Assembly (NCBI GenBank): GCA_050298595.1
Contig: JBNKUM010000110.1
Span: 1 to 55,807, forward strand
Source: Gammaproteobacteria bacterium
GTDB lineage: Bacteria; Pseudomonadota; Gammaproteobacteria; GCA-001735895
Reading direction: 5' to 3'
DNA: 55,807 nt
The notes beneath the pieces were generated by a model. It saw only the letters and a list, made by a program, of their open reading frames with translations, did no database searches and had not been told where the DNA came from. This document shows positions 1 through 8,186 of the stretch, piece by piece. The number at the start of each line of letters is the position of its first letter. Position 1 is the first letter of the stretch. Both the position numbers and the translations under genes were made by a program.

Positions 1-40
1 ATTGAATAGAATGACAAAATTAAGGAAATTCTCTATCTTA

Positions 41-90
41 CTAAAACATGATAATGAGACCCGGGGGTCTCGTTTATCATTCTGTTATAC
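41..90 (+). repeat. Compact attC-like site, copy 1
   Basis: TAAAAC-ATGATAA-T-GAGACCC-GG-GGGTCTC-GT-TTATCAT-TCT-GTTATAC hairpin; 42-87 is identical to 653-698. Confidence 0.7.
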
Positions 91-112
91 CAAATTAAGG
101 TTCTGAGTAAGT

Positions 113-655
113 ATGGGTGTTGACTACAGGCTTGCATGCAATAGATGTCATGAATTTCTGGAACTCCACAAATGGTTTCCAGATGACGAGCTGTCAATGA
201 GTTACCCTGCTGATTTGAAATACGACAAGTATCGTGGATCAGTCACAAACAAGGATAAATTGGAGAGGGCAATTCTCACATTTGAAGACGAACTCGAAAA
301 GGAGTGCCCTGGCCATTGGATAGAGAATTTGGTTCCTTACGTGAGGTCATTTGTTAAAAAGCATGATGGGCATAGTCTAGTAATCTATAACGATACCGGC
401 GATATGCCTTGGTATCCGTTCGAGCCAGACTGGCACAAATGGAAGGAAATCAAAGGTCCAATGTCATGCTGGGATGAACACTACGGCGATGTGGATCTTC
501 CAAGAAATATTATTGATGATATTGGTATCGACAATTGGGGTGATGCATTAAAACATTATGTGGACAATTGCCCATGTGTTACGTATCCAAGAATGCCAGA
601 CGATATGGAAAGTATATTTGAGATGTATTTAAAGAAACGTAGGCCAAAGGTATAA
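113..655 (+). CDS. Cassette hypothetical protein with N-terminal CxxC
   Basis: 180-aa ORF bracketed by the two compact attC-like sites; its stop codon lies within the start of the site. Confidence 0.75.
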   Translation: MGVDYRLACNRCHEFLELHKWFPDDELSMSYPADLKYDKYRGSVTNKDKLERAILTFEDELEKECPGHWIENLVPYVRSFVKKHDGHSLVIYNDTGDMPWYPFEPDWHKWKEIKGPMSCWDEHYGDVDLPRNIIDDIGIDNWGDALKHYVDNCPCVTYPRMPDDMESIFEMYLKKRRPKV

Positions 656-701
656 AACATGATAATGAGACCCGGGGGTCTCGTTTATCATTCTGTTAGG
701 C
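650..701 (+). repeat. Compact attC-like site, copy 2
   Basis: GTATAAAAC...GTTAGGC. GTATAA complements TTATAC at the cassette start, and GTTAGGC pairs with GCCTAAC at 1092. Confidence 0.75.
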
Positions 702-707
702 ATAAAT

Positions 708-1097
708 ATGAACACTTTCAACAGATTTAGTGCTGCTTTAATACTCGTTTCATTTTTTATGTTTATAACCACGAATATTTATCACCAGCGTACGGTAGAT
801 AATCAGTTAAAATTTTCCAAAATTATAGCCTCAATAACTTCTACATTAACGCCAAACTCGGAAAGAACAGATTCTTCTTTCACATCTAAAGGTTATGTAT
901 TGACCGAGGAGCGCGGAATACTGATAACTATGCTGTTTTGTGTTTTTTTACTTTTTGTCGCAGTAGTTCTCAATTATATTGGTCAGAATAAATTTGGTAA
1001 AAATAAAGCTCATTTACCATTGTCATTTTCGGCTGTTTTAATTGCTGTTATGATTCTTACCACTATAAAGAACGTGGGTTTATTTAATTATGCCTAA
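708..1097 (+). CDS. Cassette hypothetical membrane protein (about 3 TM)
   Basis: 129-aa ORF with three hydrophobic segments; stop lies within GCCTAAC. Confidence 0.75.
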   Translation: MNTFNRFSAALILVSFFMFITTNIYHQRTVDNQLKFSKIIASITSTLTPNSERTDSSFTSKGYVLTEERGILITMLFCVFLLFVAVVLNYIGQNKFGKNKAHLPLSFSAVLIAVMILTTIKNVGLFNYA

Positions 1098-1181
1098 CAA
1101 AGGCCTTCAAAGGACTCGCGACACTGTTCGTGCCGCTTCGGTGAGAGCTGTGGCGCTCGCCTCTGAGGCCGAGCGTTAAGC
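1092..1181 (+). repeat. attC site (90 bp)
   Basis: GCCTAAC...GTTAAGC with GC-rich internal dyad symmetry. Confidence 0.9.
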
Positions 1182-1203
1182 ATAAAATAAATAAGGAGAA
1201 TTA

Positions 1204-1635
1204 ATGAAAATTATTTCAATAAAGGGGGTGATATTCGGGTCACTAATGGACATAATTTCAACAAATATCCTGATTATTCCTTTAATGATATATGTCTTAG
1301 TTTCTAATGATTTATTAAACCTTCCTGAGTCAGAATTACAAGCTGCATTAATGGATAAACTGCAAAATGACCAAACAATATATATTTTAAAAATATTTAT
1401 TGGTTCTCTTTGTTCAATCTTTGGTGGTTATATTGCTGCAAGAATTGCAAAGCATCATGAGCTTCTAAATAGCGCCTTGGCTTCCATACTATGTGTTGCT
1501 GGTGGGATTTACTCGTTTTTATCAGGGGGTATGGATGGTGAATACATCAAATTTATTTCATTGCTCCTATTTAGTCCTTTACTATCAATGACGGGTGGGT
1601 ATTTAAGGTTACAACAGGTAAGATCCAATGCTTAA
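1204..1635 (+). CDS. Cassette hypothetical membrane protein (about 4 TM)
   Basis: 143-aa hydrophobic ORF, AAGGAG RBS, GGYIAARIA motif; stop within GCTTAAC. Confidence 0.8.
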   Translation: MKIISIKGVIFGSLMDIISTNILIIPLMIYVLVSNDLLNLPESELQAALMDKLQNDQTIYILKIFIGSLCSIFGGYIAARIAKHHELLNSALASILCVAGGIYSFLSGGMDGEYIKFISLLLFSPLLSMTGGYLRLQQVRSNA

Positions 1636-1705
1636 CAACCTCCACAGGAAAAACAAAAGCGCCGCTGCGCTCTGCTTTTGTTTCCCTGTGAGGTAGGCGA
1701 TATCC
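1630..1705 (+). repeat. attC site with degenerate right core
   Basis: GCTTAAC, then a CACAGG..AAACAAAAGC / GCTTTTGTTT..CCTGTG stem; right core reads GATATCC instead of GTTRRRY. Confidence 0.75.
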
Positions 1706-1719
1706 GTAAGGATGATGAA

Positions 1720-2094
1720 GTGAAAAATAATTACACTGTAGAGTTTTCTAAAAAACTGACGCTATACAAAGTCAGATTATTTGATGAAGTATCCGAATTA
1801 ACCGTTGAATCCTGTTTTGGTGCATACGAGAGGATAGTTGAGCAGCATTTTGATGGTAATCCATTTAAATTAATGATTAATAATTCGGGTTATCGTCCTA
1901 CTACTGAGAGAGCGCATTTTCTTATTCGACACCTGTTTTCAGGTCAAACTTATAAAATGAAATGCGTAAAGGTAGCAATTGTCAACGAGAGCATACCTGT
2001 AATCGAAAAAAGGAAAGAGCTTGGCATCAAGGAAATAGAAGGTTTCTTTTCAAATGAAAAAGAAGCATTAGAGTGGCTAGAAAATGAAATATAA
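1720..2094 (+). CDS. Cassette STAS/SEC14 (SpoIIAA-like) domain protein
   Basis: The track start (1678) lies inside the attC; GTG at 1720 follows AAGGA. The KVAIV...FFSNEKEALEWL C-terminus is typical of the family. Confidence 0.65.
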   Translation: MKNNYTVEFSKKLTLYKVRLFDEVSELTVESCFGAYERIVEQHFDGNPFKLMINNSGYRPTTERAHFLIRHLFSGQTYKMKCVKVAIVNESIPVIEKRKELGIKEIEGFFSNEKEALEWLENEI

Positions 2095-2149
2095 CAAGCC
2101 CGCTCCATCCGACGCGCCAAAGGCACGCGGCTGAGCGGCAACGTAGTAT
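2089..2149 (+). repeat. attC site (about 61 bp) with degenerate right core
   Basis: ATATAAC..CCGCTC..CGCG / CGCG..GAGCGG..GTAGTAT. Confidence 0.75.
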
Positions 2150-2175
2150 TTCATAGGAGGTTAAATTATCTATCA

Positions 2176-2895
2176 ATGGCAGTAACTTATTCTAACTTTT
2201 CTGAAGTATGCACAAAGTTCTATGATTTGGTGGTTGACCCTATTGAAGTAGCTAATTTCGTATATTCGAAAATATCTAATTATAATCACCAAAAATGCCT
2301 ATTTGTAGGTAGTTTTTTTCTTGTTGCTGTTGAACTTCAAAAATTAGGTATTGAAATTGTACTGACTGATTATTCGAAAGATATGATTGGAGAGGCAAAA
2401 AAGCGCTTTCCAAATACAAGGGCGGAGGTTGCCGATCTTCGAAGCCTCCCATTTCGTGGTGAATTTGACGCAATTATTGTTATTGGCAGGGTTTTTACAC
2501 ATATGCTTACTTGTAAAGATTCAGCACAAGCATTAATAAGTATGCACAAAGCCCTAAAGCCTGGAGGAGTAGTTCTTATAGATAACTATGAAGATGCCAA
2601 AATTCAAACTACAAATTATTTTAACGGCAGTATCTCTGTTGAAAATTCTGCCGCTAAAATAACCCGTGAATCCTCTACAGATTTGATTAGCGAAAACCCC
2701 ATGATTGTTAATTGGAAGGCAGTATACCGGGCAACTCTCGAAGGTAATTCAGTAGTGTTCGAAGATGAAATACTACATCGAGCTTTTTCTCGTAGTGAAA
2801 TATATAATTTATTTGAGGCTCATGATTTTAAAGTTATTAGCCAAGGAGATAACTTTGATGAAACAAGCTTTTATACAGTTGCTAGCCATCAGTGA
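2176..2895 (+). CDS. Cassette class I SAM-dependent methyltransferase
   Basis: DYSKDMI, ADLRSLPF, FDAII, LKPGGVVLID motifs; AGGAGG RBS. Confidence 0.8.
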   Translation: MAVTYSNFSEVCTKFYDLVVDPIEVANFVYSKISNYNHQKCLFVGSFFLVAVELQKLGIEIVLTDYSKDMIGEAKKRFPNTRAEVADLRSLPFRGEFDAIIVIGRVFTHMLTCKDSAQALISMHKALKPGGVVLIDNYEDAKIQTTNYFNGSISVENSAAKITRESSTDLISENPMIVNWKAVYRATLEGNSVVFEDEILHRAFSRSEIYNLFEAHDFKVISQGDNFDETSFYTVASHQ

Positions 2896-2901
2896 TCTAA
2901 A

Positions 2902-2984
2902 ACACAACAAGGCAAAGCACTCAAAAGTCAAAACTTGCGCTCCTCGTCACTACAGTTTTGCCCCTGGTATTTACGGCGTTAAGC
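2902..2984 (+). repeat. attC site
   Basis: ACACAAC...CAAAACT / AGTTTTG...GTTAAGC. Confidence 0.7.
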
Positions 2985-3003
2985 ACAAAGAGAAACCATA
3001 GGT

Positions 3004-3606
3004 ATGAGCAATATTACAAATAAATTTATCCTGTTGTTATTCGTTTCCTTCACCCTTGTCTCCTGCGCGACGGTGCCTTCGCAAGCGCCCAAACCAGTCC
3101 CTGCCAGTTACCTATACAAAGGTGGCTATATCAATGTGCGTGTACCAAACTCTGACGGGTGGCATCTTGTAAGTTCTTCACCGACTGGCATGGAGTTCGC
3201 GCGTAGTGGCGCCGAGCTAGGGGAGAGCTTTGGTGCTCAGGTGCTAATGTTTCCGCTGCCGGAAACAAAAAGCGAAGAAAAATTCATCACACTTATAAAA
3301 AGGAGTTTTGAGTCCGACACCGATTCCGCTCGTTTTTCTATTGTAAAGTCGGATTTTCAATATTCTGGAGAAAGAGGTTATCCCTGCGTGCGTGTTTCAA
3401 GTGTCGTCGTAGACAAGCAGGCCAAGACATCGCCGAGCCATAGCGAGAAGCTGCTCCTGCAATCACGTTCTCTTTATTGCAGGCATCCGGTGCGCCGAGG
3501 CACCGGTTTCGCTATCATTTATTCTCATCGTGGAAAAACGCAATATGAGAACCTAAGCACTGAAGCAACAGACTTTATCGGCGGAGTTCAGGTGCCAAAA
3601 CAATGA
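3004..3606 (+). CDS. Cassette lipoprotein, unknown function
   Basis: Signal peptide with LVSC lipobox; 200 aa. Confidence 0.75.
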   Translation: MSNITNKFILLLFVSFTLVSCATVPSQAPKPVPASYLYKGGYINVRVPNSDGWHLVSSSPTGMEFARSGAELGESFGAQVLMFPLPETKSEEKFITLIKRSFESDTDSARFSIVKSDFQYSGERGYPCVRVSSVVVDKQAKTSPSHSEKLLLQSRSLYCRHPVRRGTGFAIIYSHRGKTQYENLSTEATDFIGGVQVPKQ

Positions 3607-3622
3607 GACCAATTGACACAAT

Positions 3623-3689
3623 GCCTAACCAGGCGCTCGTTCGGACGCAAACTACGCTCCGTTTGCGCCGCACAACTTCAACGTTAGAT
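3623..3689 (+). repeat. attC site (67 bp)
   Basis: GCCTAAC..CGCAAAC / GTTTGCG..GTTAGAT. Confidence 0.85.
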
Positions 3690-4116
3690 GTTTTATGGAA
3701 AATTTTTTCTAATGTTTAATAAAACAATTGCTTATTTGTTTATATGTTTATTCTTTGCATTTTTGTTTGGTTTATGGAGTATGAATGGTTCTCATACTTA
3801 CCATGATGAAGCCACTGTGTATGCAGAGGGCGTGCAAAAGATTTTAATTCAACACAAAGTCTGTTCAGATGTAGAAGACTGCATAAAGAAACATTTATTA
3901 TTTCAGGAAGGAGCAGTAATTAAAATATTTGGATACGAATTTGGTGGAGTAGATATTATGCTCTATACCATTTCAAATTCTGAAATAGTAGGAGATGTAA
4001 TAAAAGAGTTGGGTGAAAAATACAAAAAACTTAGGGGTCCTAAAGTACATCTTTATGTATATGAATCAGCGCATAGAGAATCAGAAATTATTTATGCTAA
4101 TGTATTTATCAAATAA
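3688..4116 (+). CDS. Cassette membrane-anchored hypothetical protein (start may be 3712)
   Basis: N-terminal TM helix, CxxxxxC pair; flanked by attC sites. Confidence 0.7.
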   Translation: MFYGKFFLMFNKTIAYLFICLFFAFLFGLWSMNGSHTYHDEATVYAEGVQKILIQHKVCSDVEDCIKKHLLFQEGAVIKIFGYEFGGVDIMLYTISNSEIVGDVIKELGEKYKKLRGPKVHLYVYESAHRESEIIYANVFIK

Positions 4117-4205
4117 TCCTAACAAGGTAACTCAAACCCGACCCGCGGCGCCTGTGCGCTGCTCCGTTAACAGCCTGGCGCGGGCTGTTTAGTTAATTGT
4201 TAGCC
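4117..4205 (+). repeat. attC site
   Basis: TCCTAAC..CCCGCG / CGCGGG..GTTAGCC. Confidence 0.8.
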
Positions 4206-4220
4206 TAAAAAGGATTTAAT

Positions 4221-4805
4221 GTGAGAACCGTTATAATTTTACTATTATTTACTACCTTAAATGCCTGTATCTCTTATTCAGGCCCGAAAGATAGAGTTGA
4301 ACTATCAACCGCTACAACAATTAATGAACTAGGTGGGATATATCTCAATACAGGAGAGCCACATGGCTATTTGTCACAATTTATATGGGGTCGCGGCCCC
4401 ATCAATTCCCGCATATATAGAACTTTCTTAAATCATAGAGATATAAAATATATAAAAGTTATTCCAAATGAAAAATCAATTATAGTTAAAGCCATAGTCG
4501 GAAATTGTTCTGCATACGAAAAAGAATATTTTCTTGGTAGTGACTTCGAAATAAATCATGGTGAAATAATTCTATCTAGTAAAGCTTCCGCAATTTCAAG
4601 AGGTGCAGGTGATCCATTAGTTGGTCCTTCATTTGAAAAGACTTCCTTAAGTTTAGATACTAAAGGGAATGGAATATACACTAATCAAGCTATTGCAGCG
4701 GGTCTCATCTACCTACTAGTGCCAGCGGCCATATCTGATAAAACTGAAATACGGTTTATGAAAACTATTAACAATAAATCATATATAAAATGTTATGACC
4801 GCTAA
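4221..4805 (+). CDS. Cassette lipoprotein, unknown function
   Basis: LNAC lipobox after a hydrophobic signal; stop within CGCTAAC. Confidence 0.75.
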   Translation: MRTVIILLLFTTLNACISYSGPKDRVELSTATTINELGGIYLNTGEPHGYLSQFIWGRGPINSRIYRTFLNHRDIKYIKVIPNEKSIIVKAIVGNCSAYEKEYFLGSDFEINHGEIILSSKASAISRGAGDPLVGPSFEKTSLSLDTKGNGIYTNQAIAAGLIYLLVPAAISDKTEIRFMKTINNKSYIKCYDR

Positions 4806-4889
4806 CAACACGCCTCAAAAGGACTCGTGGCACTGTTGGTGCCACTTAGGTGAAAGCTGTGGCGCGAGCCTTTAGTATAACCGTTTGTG
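4800..4889 (+). repeat. Terminal, degenerate attC (same family as 1092-1181)
   Basis: Shares AAAGGACTCG..CACTGTT.GTGCC.CTT.GGTGA.AGCTGTGGCGC with the 1092 site and has the same 90-bp length. Confidence 0.75.
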
Positions 4890-4928
4890 AATGATTTGAG
4901 GCGTTAGTGAATGACAGCTTTGGGTCCA

Positions 4929-5094
4929 GGCTGTGTGAAAACTCGCTTCAAACTGATGACACAAACAATATTTCCCACTACGGGGTAATTTTTCAGAAAT
5001 ATTTAGAGTTCAATTACCACAAAATATACGAAATTTATTCTATATAAGATCCCATATTTCACTTGAAAAATTGGAAAATAGTTTTCACCCGCCC
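4929..5094. mobile_element. Putative MITE / internally deleted IS with IS1182-like ends
   Basis: GGCTGTGTGAAAACT ... AGTTTTCACCCGCCC imperfect terminal inverted repeats, no ORF, nested in a further inverted repeat. Confidence 0.45.
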
Positions 5095-5266
5095 GGGGCG
5101 AAAGCTGCCATACTAGCTAGAATACAAATAATGAATGTCCGCTATGTGTGATTTTGCAGGATAAAATCAAGACCTGATTCACTGCTTGTCAGATCAAATA
5201 TAAGTCAGTACATTTGAATACAGCTACAACCTGCCGACTTGCTCTTCTTCGTGTCCTCGGCAACTG

Positions 5267-5395
5267 CTCGGCTCTGGCATCCTGCATTGTTCTACCTTCG
5301 CTCATCCTTGAGCTCGTAGCACCTAAATCCCTATAGGCGTCCTGCGTTGTTCTACTTACGGGCGTCCTCGGCTCTAGCATCCTGCTTCGCTCTAC
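5267..5395. repeat. REP-like composite repeat (3 related units)
   Basis: (CTCGGCTCT)RGCRTCCTGC.TYGYTCTAC units at 5267, 5336 and 5367. Confidence 0.55.
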
Positions 5396-5447
5396 CTCCT
5401 CCTTCCTTGGAGTCGTGCCCTAATCTGTGGTTTAAGGATTTAAATTT

Positions 5448-6245
5448 TCAACCCAGCAACAAGGCATCATCATCCAGCTGTTCTCCACCCTGGGCCTTGC
5501 TGAATAGATCGAGCAGGTCTTTGACCGTCAGTCCTTTTCTATCATCACCCTGGATATCAAAGATAATATTGCCCTGATGCAACATGATGGTTCTGCTACC
5601 TACCTCCAGCGCCTGCTTCATGCTGTGCGTGACCATCAATGCCGTGCACTGTTTTTCCTGAATAATTTGATTGGTCAGCTCGAGCACGAACTGACTGGTT
5701 TTAGGATCCAGCGCAGCAGTATGTTCATCCAGTAGCAATATTTTTGATGGCTGTAAGGTTGCCATCAACAGACTCACCGCCTGACGTTGACCACCTGAAA
5801 GCAGGCCCATCTTATCTTCCAGTCTATTCTCTAATCCCAGATTGAGACGACTTAGATATTCGCGGTAAGGCTGTTTGCGCTCATCATTCAGTGCGCTTTT
5901 AAAACCTCGCTTGCGACCTCGTGCATCGGCAAGGGCGAGGTTTTCTTCGATTGATAAAAATTCACAGCTACCACCCAGAGGATCCTGAAACACGCGTGCC
6001 ACCATACCCGCACGGCGTGAGGTATCCAGTCGGGTTACATCTTTGTGGTCGATTTCGATGCGCCCTTTGGTGATACGGATTTCACCACTGATAGCATTCA
6101 ACAGGGAAGACTTGCCTGCGCCATTACTGCCAATAACGGTAACAAATTCACCTTCATTTATTTCTAGATTAAGACCTCTCAGTGCATGGGTTTCCAGAGG
6201 AGTCTTAGCACCAAAGGTGACGTGTATATCCTGTAAACTGATCAT
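5448..6245 (-). CDS. ABC transporter ATP-binding protein
   Basis: Walker A GSNGAGKS, LSGGQRQ signature, LLLDEH Walker B. Confidence 0.95.
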   Translation of the reverse strand: MISLQDIHVTFGAKTPLETHALRGLNLEINEGEFVTVIGSNGAGKSSLLNAISGEIRITKGRIEIDHKDVTRLDTSRRAGMVARVFQDPLGGSCEFLSIEENLALADARGRKRGFKSALNDERKQPYREYLSRLNLGLENRLEDKMGLLSGGQRQAVSLLMATLQPSKILLLDEHTAALDPKTSQFVLELTNQIIQEKQCTALMVTHSMKQALEVGSRTIMLHQGNIIFDIQGDDRKGLTVKDLLDLFSKAQGGEQLDDDALLLG

Positions 6246-7123
6246 GATGCTGGTTTCCTCAGCCTATAGCGCGGCAATACAATGGCTATCATGACCAAAA
6301 CAGATGTCACCAGATTAAGATCCTGTGCCTTTAATCCCAGCATATCCAGGTTGAGTGCAAATGCGATCGCCAGTCGATAAAGTATTGCGCCCACAATGCA
6401 GGCGATAGTCGCTTTGACCACACTGCTGGGTGTAATGATGGCTTCACCACCAATCACCGAGGCCAGACCCACCACGATCACGCCAACACCCATAGTGACA
6501 TCGGCACTGCCCTGACTTTGCGCAAACAGGCTACCCGCGAGCGCAACCAGTGCATTAGAAACCGCCATGCCAGATAGAATCATCCATGCTGTTTTTACTC
6601 CCTGTGCCCTCGCCATACGCGGATTGGCACCGGTCGCGCGCATGGCCAGACCGGTTTCTGAATTCAAAAACTTGATCAGTATCAGTGCGCAGATAACCAC
6701 CACGAAAAAAAAGATAATCGGCGTGGAAACATAGAAAGGTGCCGCCCAGTTTTCGATAGGGGACAGAATGGTATTCTCACCCAGCAGGGCAATATTGGGC
6801 CGGCCCATGATGCGCAAATTAATCGAATACAGGGCAATCATAGTCAGGATAGAAGCCAGCAGGTGCAGGATCTTAAGCTTTACGTTTAACCAGGCCGTAA
6901 CCATGCCTGCCATTGCCCCCGCTACCATCGCAAGTCCGGTAGCCAGCCAGGGATCCCAGCCACTAACGATCAGGGTTGCACTGACGGCAGCGCCCAGCGG
7001 GAAGCTGCCATCAACGGTTAGATCTGGAAATTCAAGCACCCTGAAAGACAGGTAGATACCCAACGCCACCAGAGCGTAGATTAAGCCGCTCTCTATGGCG
7101 CCTAGAAATGCAATCAGGCTCAT
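6242..7123 (-). CDS. ABC transporter permease (BPD_transp_2 type)
   Basis: PDLTVDGSFPLG motif, multiple TM segments, overlaps the ATPase start. Confidence 0.92.
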   Translation of the reverse strand: MSLIAFLGAIESGLIYALVALGIYLSFRVLEFPDLTVDGSFPLGAAVSATLIVSGWDPWLATGLAMVAGAMAGMVTAWLNVKLKILHLLASILTMIALYSINLRIMGRPNIALLGENTILSPIENWAAPFYVSTPIIFFFVVVICALILIKFLNSETGLAMRATGANPRMARAQGVKTAWMILSGMAVSNALVALAGSLFAQSQGSADVTMGVGVIVVGLASVIGGEAIITPSSVVKATIACIVGAILYRLAIAFALNLDMLGLKAQDLNLVTSVLVMIAIVLPRYRLRKPAS

Positions 7124-7124
7124 A

Positions 7125-8081
7125 TTATTTGATAACTTCTTTGGCCTCTGCGATCAGGTCCTTGCCCAGAGTAATGCCCATTTGTTTCGCTGATTCTGGA
7201 TTCACGAATAGCTCCATTTTCTCAACACCCTGTACCGCAATTGAACCTGGCTTTGTGCCATTCAAGATTTGCAGCACGATTTTTCCAGTCTGACGGCCTA
7301 CGTCGTAGTAGTTGAAACCCAGTGCCGCAACAGCGCCCTGTTTTACCGAATCGGTATCACCGGCTACCACGGGTATTTTGGCTGCGCGACCGACTTTAAC
7401 TACGGCTGAGAATGCAGATACCACGGTATTATCAGTAGGAATATAAATCACGTCAGCCTTACCCACCAGTGAACGCGCTGCCGACAGTACTTCGGATGAT
7501 TTGCTGGCACTGGCTTCAACGACGTTCATGCCCTGCATAGGCGCATATTTTTTCACCAGATCAAGCAGAGTGACCGAGTTCGCTTCACCTGGATTGAAGA
7601 TAACACCAACCGTTTTGGCAGAAGGCACGACGCGCTTCACCAGCGCCATATGTTTATCAATCGGAGTCAGGTCGGTGACACCAGTGATATTCTTACCGGG
7701 TTTTTGCATATTGCTCACCAGCTTGGCACCCACAGGATCGGTAACAGCAGAGAATACGATAGGTGTATTGCGGGCTGCGGCTGCCATGGTCTGAGCCGAT
7801 GGGGTAGCGATAGCAACGATGACATCAGGACTATCACCAGCAAATTTTTTGGCGATTTGCGCGGCAGTTGCACCATTACCCTGCGCACTTTCATAATTCC
7901 ATTTCAGGTTTTTACCCTCAACTAAACCGGCAGCAGCCAGCTCATCTTTTACACCCTGTCGTACCGAATCCAGCGCTGGATGTTCCACTATCTGGGTGAT
8001 TGCGACTGAGGTCTCAGCCATGCTGCTGAGTGGATTTAATAACAATAGACAAGCGCTAACTGCGGCTAGAAATTTATTCAT
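7125..8081 (-). CDS. ABC transporter substrate-binding protein (TrpX-like / aromatic amino acid type)
   Basis: Signal peptide; QIVEHPALD, IATPSAQ, AVTDP, PTDNTV motifs. Confidence 0.9.
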   Translation of the reverse strand: MNKFLAAVSACLLLLNPLSSMAETSVAITQIVEHPALDSVRQGVKDELAAAGLVEGKNLKWNYESAQGNGATAAQIAKKFAGDSPDVIVAIATPSAQTMAAAARNTPIVFSAVTDPVGAKLVSNMQKPGKNITGVTDLTPIDKHMALVKRVVPSAKTVGVIFNPGEANSVTLLDLVKKYAPMQGMNVVEASASKSSEVLSAARSLVGKADVIYIPTDNTVVSAFSAVVKVGRAAKIPVVAGDTDSVKQGAVAALGFNYYDVGRQTGKIVLQILNGTKPGSIAVQGVEKMELFVNPESAKQMGITLGKDLIAEAKEVIK

Positions 8082-8186
8082 GCTGAGAAACTCCGGGCAA
8101 GGTTATAGTTTGAGCGCAGTATAAGTCAGATACGACTTTACGATAACCCCTTTCTTGCCTCAAAAGCTTTTAATCGACCTTTTACA

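Larger units (their letters stand above)
41..4889 (+). mobile_element. Integron gene-cassette array (distal end; integrase not in window)
   Basis: Eight short, co-oriented, mostly AT-rich ORFs, each followed by an imperfect palindrome running from ..TAAC to GTT... Start and end cores of a cassette are complementary in several cases (GTTAGGC 695 / GCCTAAC 1092; GTTAAGC 1175 / GCTTAAC 1630). Confidence 0.9.

Noticed and set aside
42-698. 46-bp palindromic direct repeat as a CRISPR array
   Set aside because: Only two copies, separated by a 565-bp gene-containing segment, and no cas genes; fits cassette recombination sites.
5189-5577. ORFs 5189..5380 and 5347..5577
   Set aside because: They run through the repeat cluster or antisense to the ABC ATPase and have no protein-like features.
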